Shown here in pieces: positions 54,481 to 64,000 of a stretch of DNA of 64,000 bases. Every line of letters begins with the position of its first letter. Within the stretch, counting starts at the first letter, position 1. A program made the translations under genes and the position numbers. This DNA comes from Macrostomum lignano (taxonomy: Eukaryota), in contig NIVC01000108.1 in assembly GCA_002269645.1 (NCBI GenBank), forward strand, positions 434,001 through 498,000. The letters run 5' to 3'. The notes beneath the pieces were generated by a model that worked only from the letters and a program-made list of their open reading frames with translations, was not told the origin of the DNA and did not search any database.

Positions 54481-54985
54481 GGAAGGATGTTGAGCATACC
54501 AGAAGCTTTTTCGACATAAAAGCATTGGCGTCAAAAATACAAACTAACTGCTGTTCTACGAGCTATCAAGAGGCAAAATTTGTTTACCACGCAAAAGTGC
54601 GCAAATGTAATTTCAGGCAATATTACTTGTATGTCTTTAAAATAGTGCATTCTTTTCCTATGCGCGTTAATCCGGGACTTTGGAATTTCCCCTGTGTACA
54701 AGCTTCAGCCAGTAAGAACTTAGGGGGGGGGGGACTATTACGAGTATTAAATTCCAGCAGCCAATAAAATTCATGGGGGGAATATCCCAATTTTTAGGGA
54801 GTCTTGGCCATAGACGCGCTTTTAGATGTGCGATCCTTTCTATTCCTTTATCCATGGTCAACACGCACTTGCGCCATAGACAAAAACTTGGGTCATCGAC
54901 GCCAGACAGGTCGAAGGAAACAGTCACATGGAGCAGACAGCAGCAGCTTACAGGAGTCTAAAATCCACGTTCGCAACCGAACGCA

Positions 54986-56003
54986 ATGGTTCGCCAAATG
55001 ACCGATCTGGAACGAGCGCGCGCCATTGGCATGCTGGAGGCTGGGATGTCCATCCGAGCTGTTGCTCGCCAAATTGGGCGGTCGCACACAGCAATCCGCA
55101 AACTGCAAATCAATTGCGGAGAAACGGGCAGCGTTGCGCACGCCACGCGCGGCTGGCGGCTCAATATGCGCAGTACAACTAGGAGGGCGGACCGGCGATT
55201 GCTGCGAATGGTGAAGGGAAGCCCCGCATTGCCAGCCACTCTTCTACGGCTGATGTGGGCTGAAAGAAGCAGGCGAGGGGATATCCTGAGCGCCCAAACA
55301 ATCCGATGACGATTGCGGGAGTCGGGGCTGCGATCCCGTAAGATGCGCAAACGGCCACGCCTGACCCCAACCCTTGTGGCCAGCCGGGAACAATGGGCAT
55401 GCAAAGGGTCCACTGGAGGCAGCAGCAGTGGCGGCGAGTGATTTTCACAGATGAGAGCCGCTTTCGATTGTTCCGGGCCGACGGCCGCTTTTGCGTGTGG
55501 CGCCAGCCGCGCCAGGAGATGCTGCCGCAGCACGTGCAAAACTCTGAGAGCCAGTCAGCTTCTATTCACGCGTGGGCAGGCATCACAATGCACGCGAAGA
55601 CGGAGCTCGTGTTCCTGGATGCGACTGTGACTGCCGAGTCGTACGCCAACCTCTACAGACGCGCCTGCTGCCCTTCATTGATGCTTCATGTGGTGGCGTG
55701 GGGAACAGCGTCCTCCAAGACGACAACGCCCCACCACATCGCGCAGCTGCTGTGGCGCATCTGAAGGAGCTGCTGCACCTGCGATCCTTGCGCTGGCCGT
55801 CCCGATCACCGCACATGAATCCCATAGAGCACGTTTGGGATTACCTGAAGCGCTCGATTCGGCGCGACAATCCGCCGCAAAACGTTGCCCAACTGCGCGA
55901 ATCACTGTCTACTGCATGGCAACAACTACCGCAAGATTTTCTGCGACGCCTGGTTCTGGGGATGCCCCGGAGAGTGAGCGCTCTGCTGCACGCACGTGGC
56001 TGA
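54986..56003 (+). pseudogene. Tc1-family (DD34E) transposase pseudogene
   Basis: Paired-like HTH (ERARAIGMLEAGMSIRAVARQIG), WRRVIFTDESRF, QDDNAPPH and WPSRSPHMNPIEHVW. In-frame TGA at 55307-55309 and two frameshifts. TIRs not confidently located. Confidence 0.9.
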
Positions 56004-56275
56004 TATACGCGTTACTGACCCTGTTCTGGGCAAGTTGTCACCCATGCTCGCGTACTTTGTTTCTATGCTGTTCCTTTGCTTCGTTCGAATCCGGATTATA
56101 TATTTGTCTATGGCTCAAACCACGAATATCTCCCACCAAAACGTTGACCCTTCGCGCGCTAGGGTGGAAACTTTTCAATGTTGCTGAGTGTAACCATGGA
56201 GGAAAGAAAAGAATGGAGTGCTAATCTGAGCCAGCTATTTTTATCTCGCTCGATTTTCGCTTCAGACAATGGACA

Positions 56276-56808
56276 AAACAGACAATGGAAACAAAAGTTA
56301 TGAACTAAAATGTAGCAGGACCTCTACCATAGACTCACATTAATTCGACAAGCTAGCGGAAAGTAGCGAAAGTACTTTTGATTGAATGAACTCAGACTTC
56401 TTTGTTAGGCTGCTGTGACAAAGAGATATCTATGGAAAAACTTGGAGAAGCATATAGCTTTTAAAGCAACAGAATATTTCAAACTGGGCTTCAGCTTTAT
56501 TGCTTTTTGTTCCCTCCTTCTGCTGCGCTAAAAGTCAGGGATGTGCATTCAAGTGTTGCTCAGAGGAGTGTGTTATACACCCTTTGGGGGGCGGGGCACA
56601 GTTAAGCCGAGATTCATGCTCAACTTTCATCGGCTCATGGGTCTATCGCAGTCATTCACCGTAGTCATTTTGGAGCATTCACTACAGCCAGTTACCCGTT
56701 TGTGAGCTACCACTTCGGATTTTTGTTAACTTGTTGACTTACTGTAAGTCTATGGTCGAGGTCCTGCTACATTTTAGTTTATAACTTTTGTTTCCATTGT
56801 CTGTTTTT
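56276..56808. mobile_element. MITE with ~60-bp inverted ends
   Basis: AAAACAGACAATGGAAACAAAAGTTATGAACTAAAATGTAGCAGGACCTC at 56276 and its reverse complement at 56747-56808. Confidence 0.7.
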
Positions 56809-57839
56809 AATGATGTTAAAGTTAATATGAAGAAGAGAGTTGCCGCAATAAATCTGTGCAAAATGATATTATTTGGATCAGCAGAACGAGAGATATAGTG
56901 AAAAGTAACACTACTTTTGGGACACCCCTCGTAGTTTTATTAGTGCCAAGCACTGCTGTTAAAATTGAAAAATTGTCAGGCCGCGCCCTGACGAAAAAAA
57001 CCCAGGTGAAGACAGCACAGGAGCGCCCACCGAGACTCGGGGACACCCACGAAGACACCCAGTATTGGCCTTCCTAATGATCGCGGAACCCACAAATTCT
57101 TACTCATGGACAAACTCAGTTGACACTTGTCAGCTCACATTTTACATGAGTATGTACCTGTGTACTGATCGGTATCGCAGCGGATAAAATAGTAGCAGTG
57201 TAATTTTATAGTATTTGACTTCCGCAAACCAGACTAGCTTTCAAAAATAAAAGACGTTTCCTGAATCCTGAGTCCTGTTGCACCGTCGGGATACTCCAGC
57301 TGGCAGGCGATTTCAGCCGCTCTGAGTCGTGCTGACAACCACGGCCAAAAGTACAAGAGATGTCGCAGCTGCAGGTCCCGGCCTTCCGCGGGACGGGCGA
57401 GGCAAGGACCGACGAGGTCCTGCTGCGGTTTTTATGCCCATGCAACACATTCTGTTGCCACGGTTGCAAATGCACGTGTGTAGCATTTGAAAGTAGGCTC
57501 AATGGAAATATATACTCAGCAACATCGAAAAGTCGCCATTACGCAGAAGATTCCTTAGGTAAAGTTTCTCAATCTTTGCGAGTGACGCAACTCAGCTACG
57601 CCACGGCAGACTCGAGTTCAGAAATGAAGTGGAGGGAGCGGTGTGCGAGGGTTGGACGGATTAAAGTACCCGATCAGTTATCTCGTATCTTTTATTTCAG
57701 AATAGTCCAAGAGAAATTGCTCAATGGCGCATAGAGTGGCGACTTTTCAATGTTGCTGAGCATACGCTCGTATATTGTAGTATTTTGGGTAGAGTAGCTC
57801 GCAGCCTCAGATACTGTTGAGTATCTGAGGTAAAAATCT

Positions 57840-58230
57840 TTCCAGCTGGCCAGGAGCCTCTGCTCTCCAGCCAAAGTCGCGGACAAATCCTACGCCGAAT
57901 CAAGCGATCGCTGCTGAGCGCTTTTCAACCCAAGACCGAGTGAGATCGCTCAGAAGTTCCACTTCAAGAATCCAGTTCAGCGCTCTGGAGAGTCGGTGGC
58001 AGAGTTCCTTGCGGAGCTGCGGTAGCTGGCGGAGTTCTGCAATTACGGCTGCAGAAGGGACAGAAGGGACAGTCTGGGACAGAAGGGCAACGACGCTGTT
58101 TCTGCTGCTTGTTGACTCGCCACCCGGCAGCCGAATGCCCATTTGCGGACAAACGTTTCAATTGCAGCAAAATCGGACACATCGTGAAGGCATGCAAGGC
58201 GGGGATACAGCAGCAGCAAATGCACCAGCT
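57840..58230 (+). pseudogene. Decayed Gypsy gag fragment
   Basis: SPAKVADKSY...FQPKTSEIAQKFHF...QRSGESVAEFLAELR*LAEFCNYG, then a CCHC remnant (NCSKIGHIVKAC); stops and frameshifts. Confidence 0.75.
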
Positions 58231-58862
58231 GGTTGACCAGCAGATTTCAGAAGTCACCTCTGCTCAAGCCGCCATTTGGAGAAGGAAGCCTTGGAACTGG
58301 AGGATGCTTGCTATCTAGGGGGGGGGGGGTGCTTGCTACCGGCGAATGCTTGCTATTTAGGGGGATGCTTGGTATTGTATTTGGGCGTATGCTTGCTAAA
58401 TCGATCTTTCATTCGTTTGAGCCTCTCAGCTAATTCTTGCGAATAGTCAAGGGAGATTCGCCCATTCTTAAGCTAAATAATCTGTTGCTATGACTACGCG
58501 CTGGTAAACATAATCGAAATGAGAGTGCTGTCGCAAACGGTGACAGCAATAAGACTGCAGTTACCTCTTAAGGAATCAGTAAAAGGCTTGCTTCAAATGC
58601 TTCTGCCTAGATTTTCGCAGCAAATCTAGGTAATTGCTTGATGGAGGAGTTTAGTCGTATCTATTTTTTCTCTAATTGATTTCCCTGAATCAATTAAGCA
58701 GCTCTACTTTCGCTATTAAATAACCTAAATTGCTTAAATTGCTGCCATCTGACTGACAAAAACGGTATATAGTTATCCATTTCAGAGCAGAAATGTGTTT
58801 GACTGCGCTTCAAAATCCCTCAGCCTGAGCTCCAAGACTCGGCACCCAAACAGGAGCCCAGC

Positions 58863-59602
58863 ATGCGCCATCAACTGCTGGCTCCAGTTCTCATTGCTCT
58901 GCTTTCGTCGATGCCTTCGTCGGTGACGCCGCTGAAGGCCGCCAACTTCGAGCTGCTCGGCTCGGGGAGTCGCATCTCGGTTCCACCAGCAGCTGAGGCG
59001 ATTGAAGGAGTGAGCGAGCGCCACTGCTCCATGAAGTGCGCTGACAGGCCCTGGTACTACGGTTTTAACTGGCTGATTGGCCTGTGCGGCTTGTTCAACA
59101 TCAGCATGTACTACCAGCAGAGCTCCTGGGTGAGCTCGACACCTGCTGATGTGTACAACAGATCGCACACTGACCCTCCCTCAGGAGCAATCGGAAATCT
59201 GAAGTTCTCCGGCTGCAGCCAGAGTTCTGAATTCGATTTTGACCGTGATATGTAAACTGCGCAAGCGTTTTGGACGGCAACAAAGACCAGAATCATTTAA
59301 GCTACTCCTGCATTCACACCGACGGGTACGCTGCGCCTCCACAGTGGTGAGAGGGGCAGCTTTCGATGCCTGCGGTTGTCAGCTCCGTCACTGTGTACAA
59401 CAGGCAGGACTGCTGCGGCTACCGGATGAGCAAATTCGCTCTGCTTCTGGACGGTGTTGAGTGCGGCCAGGTGAAGTACGATTTCTCCGTGACCGACGTC
59501 ACCTGCGGCCTGTTTGGCAGTCGGCTGCGCATCGTCAGCTGGCTGACTGAGCCGCTGAACTTCTGCGAGTTCGAGGCGTACGGATTCAACTGGCCGCAGT
59601 GA
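58863..59602 (+). pseudogene. Intronless secreted PAN/apple plus fucolectin (FTP) domain pseudogene
   Basis: Signal peptide, HCSMKCADRPWYYGFNW, then DGNKD...SCIHT...PQW*E...VTVYNRQDCCGYRM...LNFCEFEAYG. Frameshift near 59250 and TGA replacing Trp at 59348-59350. Confidence 0.8.
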
Positions 59603-60719
59603 TTGGTGAGCAGCAGAGACTCTCGCAAGACTTTGAAGCATTTGGATGGAAATTGTTTGTTAGAATCGCTGACAGAAATATAAAGCTGAGAAGCTGTTTT
59701 TGACACAGACGACCAACACTATGCACATGCTTTGTGCTTGCATCCCAATAAGCGACTGGCTTGATTTGTTCTTTTGGGAGCTGACTGAGCATTGAGCCTG
59801 CTTTCAATTAGTAAACACGTGCATTTGCAACAGTCGCAACAGAATGTGTTGCATGGGTGTAAGAACCGCAGCAGGACCTCGTCGGTCCTCGTCTCGCCCG
59901 CCCACAGCAGCTCCGGTTCAAATATTTGAATGGAATCGATTTGAGAACAAATCAGTCGACTTTATTTTTCAGATGAGTTCTACTCTTATAGCGGCTTTTA
60001 TTATCAGGTTGTCGAAAGCAACTGCTTGCAAGCTCTTCGGCTCATTTTTTCATTAATTTCTCGAGTAAAGAATCTTACGAGTATTAAAGGCTAGCTTGAT
60101 TTGCTGGGGGAAACGTTCTCAAAATTACTTTGCCACTACTCTATCAACTGCGCTAATGAAATATACATGTACTCATGTAAAATATGACACATAAACTTGT
60201 ATTGTGGGGTCCTCGACCTTTAGGGGCGCCAATATTGGGTGTCTTGTTGGGTACCCATGTGTCTTGGTGGGTGCCCCGTGTCTCGGTGGGTGTTGTGGCA
60301 CCGATGACGAACTAATAGTGCATTATATTATGCTCGTATTATTGGGAGATATTTCCAACAGACATGCTGGGGGACTGGCGCTATGCAGGCATGGTGCTTG
60401 AAGATAGCGATCGCTAGCTGAAAAATATACCAGCGCATTGGAGAGCCAAGAGCTCATATTGAGTTTCGAACTCGCAGTATTTTGTGTCTCACCACTTCAA
60501 TTTGGTTCATCAAAGAAGCAAATAACACATCAGTGGCGTCGCAAGCCTAACTGTATCTGCGCCATGTCGAAAAACGGAACAGTCGGAAAGACTTCCACAG
60601 ACGACACACTGTCAGGAGCTGGAGCTTCTGTCGTCAAAGCCCGGAAAAAGACACCATCCAAGAATGTCAGTGCAAAGGTGCCAGGAAGCCCGTTGCTGCT
60701 CAGAATTCGACCAAGCACT

Positions 60720-62090
60720 GCACCTACGGCAACGAATATGGCGGAAATCAAGAAGCTGGACGATGGTAAAAATTTCAAGCTATTTCAAGCTGGATCGCAT
60801 CTCTTTGGCAGCAGGCTGCTACAAATGGACTGAGGAGAAGAAAGCACAGATATTGCTGATGCGACTCACTCCATCTCTCTATGACACATTGGCTGACCAG
60901 CTAGCGTCAGACCTGCTGAGCACGAATTCATTCCATGATCTGGAGAGGACCTAGAGAGTGCTCTCGAAGATATCATGCTCCCAAGACATACGTCTTGGCA
61001 GGGCGATTTGCTTTCCAAAACTTAGTGAGAGAGCAGTCGGAAGCAGTCAGGACATTCGCTGAGCGACTTCTCAGGGCGTCTGATAAGTGTCGATTGGGCA
61101 ACAAAAACGAGAGCTTACACGTTCAGTTTATTTGTGGTCTGAATGAGAAGTCCATCATCGCCAGGTCGCTCGTGCATGTACAGGACCATGAGGAGCTCAC
61201 CTTCAAGGAAGCCGTGGCTATGGCGGAAGCGCATTCGACGCTCAGGGAGACGCAAATCATGCAGTCCATCCCGGCCACGGCAAGGTCCGGGGATATAATG
61301 CAAATTAGCAAAAGGCCATTTACAGCAGCGCGTCAGACTACCAAAACTGGGTACCAGTCCGGCAAAATTGGAGCAGCAGGTAACAGCAAGTGTTCTCGGT
61401 GGGAGCCACCAGGCAAGACCAAGTGTCCTGCGATCGGTAAAAATGTAGAAAATGTGGAAAATTGAACCACTTTGAGAGACAATGCCGATCGAAAAGTAAT
61501 AACCAAATCAAACACAAAATCACTGCCGCATGCAAGTAATTCAGGCCAGAAGAACAGCGCCATAACGGTACAGCTCAATTGCTTTGTCAATGGGGTTGAT
61601 CGACAGATCAAATGTTAAGTCGACACGGGCTCAGTAGTTTCCGTACTGTGCCCAGCAAACGTGGACTGAATTAGACACGCCGAGTCTACGTGCAAGCGAT
61701 GCAGTTCTGGTGGGATATTCAGCAGGACACAGGTTCGATCTGTTGGGCTGTTTGGACTTCAATGCATTTTGGAAGGGAAGGCCTATTCTAGTCAGTTTCC
61801 AAGTGGTGAAGTCCGACCGCTCTTTTGCCTTGCTGGGACGAGATTGTAGTTAACATCGAGATGAACTGTGTCGCTATCGGACACGCACAGGCGCATGTGC
61901 AGACAGCTACTCTGCGATTTCGAGAGGACGGCAGTGCCAAAATATATCAAGGCGTGCCAAGTTCTTTTTGTTCTTCGAGATCGACTCCGACTGGAACTCA
62001 AGGAGCTGGAGAAGTCGGGGATAATTGAGCAGGTCGCATTTTCTCAGTAGGCCTCACCGATTGTTATCGCACATAAGCCGTAAGCCTTCT
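60720..62090 (+). pseudogene. Decayed Gypsy gag-protease-RT start
   Basis: KAQILLMRL, RFAFQNLVREQSEAVRTFAERL, QFICGL, LTFKEAVAMAEA, VDTGSVVS and LEKSGIIEQV...ASPIV; multiple stops and frameshifts. Confidence 0.8.
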
Positions 62091-62462
62091 CAATATATAT
62101 ATATATATATTGGCCATAGACTAAACTTCAATTTCTTGATCTGACGCTACAAGCTATAAATAATGAATAGTGAATTAATAATGAATTAAAAAATGGGTAA
62201 AAATATCCACAATATCCACAAATCCGTTATTTACAAATCTGTTATCTGTAATTGTATTTATCAATGCTCCCTTGAAGGTCTGTGGGTAAAACTGCGTATA
62301 ATGAGAATGTGCCAAGCAGCATCATGTGTATTTATCTATTTTAACTTTAAGCTAGGGAATGATTTCAATCTACAAACTCAAAGCAGCTCGGTAAAACAAT
62401 TAAATATTTATTCTTTATTCTTGACTGACTAAGAGCTTTCGACTGATTTTCTAACGAAAAAA

Positions 62463-64000
62463 ATGGTACGACAGCTATCGCGTGAGATGAAGAAGAGTCG
62501 GGATGAGAAAAAGCGACGTCAAGAAGAAAGTGCTGAATGTAGGAGAGAGAGACTGAGTAATTTGCGCAAAGCAGTGAAAAGGAATCGCGATGGAGAGTCA
62601 GCGGCCGACCGGGAGGCCCGCCTTCGTGACAAAAGGCAGCGGACTGCTGACCGTCGGGCCACTGAGTCAGCGGCCGTCCGGGAGGCCCGTCTACGCGACG
62701 ACAGAGGAAGGCTGACCACCGGGCTACTGAGTCCACGACCGAACGGAAGGCCAGCCTAAGCGTCAAGAGGCAGCGTGAAATACACCGGGCTGAAAATTCT
62801 GCAATGCTAGTATCGTAAGTACGGCGCGTTGGCCAATATCCGCGTTATTCTACGTTTTACCTCCTCTATTTTGGAATAAGTGTCGCCTTAAAAATGATAT
62901 CTTCTAAGTTAGTTTCCACACTTCTTCTTCACCAGAGTGGTGCATTTTAGCTCTACCCAGCTGACTCAAGTCCCTGGTGACAGCAACTGTTTCTTCCATG
63001 CTGTCGCTGACCAGTTACGCAACACGCCGATGGGCCCAATGGCACGAAACCAGCGCATGGTCCGGAACCTTTTTGGCTGACGTAGCGAGCCACATATTGC
63101 CCTACCAAGTGCAGGAGCTGCAGGCCAGTGGTCTGACTGTCCAACGGGTTGTTGAGGAAACCAAGGAGGACGGAGTGGATGTACACGACTTTGTGGTGCC
63201 TCTGCTGAACAGGGCCTACGATGTAGACTTCGTCATCTACCAGCGCGCTGAGCAGGATAGGAGCCAGCTGATCGTCGTGCAGAGCGGGCTGGCCCCAACG
63301 CAGCCTCCTTTGACCACTGTGCAACTGCTGTTCGACCCAGATGCAGAGCACTACCAATCTCTGCGATTCAACCAGTCCGACAACCCAACTGCACCAGCGT
63401 GTGGCCCAACCGAGGAGCCATCCATGCCATCAGCATCAAGCCCGGTGGAGGAGCCGGCTGCCCACATGTAAGCTGATAAAGTAATGTTCCCACTTTCCCA
63501 CTTTCTTTAAAGTAAAATAAGTAAAGAAAGTAAACGTTAAAACTCAGAAAAACTTCAGTTTAAACTGCACCTTTCCAATTCCATCATACATTTATCCTCT
63601 GTCCACGCAGTGGTGACGACATGGACGGGCAGGACTTCCTGCCGACGGCTCAGATGGGCCACAGCACCCTGGGCCGCATGAGCATCCCGTGCAGAAACTG
63701 CGGTGCCCTGCGATGGAAGTCGGAATCCCCGAACATGTGCTGCGCTGGGGGAAAGGTCAGGCTGCTTGAACGCTCCGTGCCTCAGCTTCTGACAGACCTG
63801 TACACCAGGCGGCACCCTTTGAGCTCGGAATTTCTGAGCAAGATCCGCAGCTACAACTCCGTGTTCCACATGACATCCTTTGTAGCGAAGCTGCGGCAGC
63901 AGAGAGGATGGTGCCCCAGCTTTATCATCAATGGCCAAGTCCATCATTTTCGGGGTCCGCTGCTGGCTGATTCGTCGGAAGCACCACGAGGTTGGCAGGT
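62463..64000 (+). mobile_element. Helitron 5' region (charged repeat, OTU protease, Rep N-terminal Zn finger), truncated by the window end
   Basis: RRATESAAVREARLRD repeats; VPGDSNCFFHAVADQL...HYQSL (OTU, with a frameshift in the T5 run near 63070); CGALRWKSESPNMCCAGGKVRL; FLSKIRSYNSVFHMTSF; FIINGQVHH. Confidence 0.88.

Noticed and set aside
59348-59350. In-frame TGA as selenocysteine or readthrough in the lectin gene
   Set aside because: It occupies a conserved Trp position (TGG>TGA) and co-occurs with a frameshift, which indicates pseudogenisation.

Overview
Eukaryotic, repeat-rich metazoan DNA. GC-rich exons, introns filled with private minisatellites, and abundant MITEs and SINEs are compatible with a free-living flatworm such as Macrostomum; this is an inference. 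Five intact spliced housekeeping genes were reconstructed by hand, each with phase-consistent exons: KANSL3 (+, 8557-12054), RAB6 (+, 13074-19258, last intron U12-type), and a minus-strand trio BABAM2/BRE (42010-34869), COPS5 (33787-32240) and ribokinase (30338-24447). There are two intronless pseudogenes, a GPCR nested in a ribokinase intron and a PAN/fucolectin gene. A young full-length Ty3/Gypsy element (42096-52619) sits just upstream of the BABAM2 start codon; it carries a MITE in its 5' LTR and an intact mariner inside gag-pro. The last 11 kb is decayed mariner, P, Tc1 and Gypsy sequence, ending in the 5' part of an OTU-bearing Helitron. The most notable signals are: (1) a cold-shock domain in the Gypsy Gag and a cluster of LC8-like motifs in its Pol; (2) sharply bounded AT-rich, CpG-eroded domains packed with the palindrome TAGGCCTA over the 5' ends of genes; (3) operon-like clustering with the same CTTGCAG acceptor just before three start codons; (4) a 3.8 kb foldback element with polypurine arms. 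All alignments and counts were done by eye and no database was searched.
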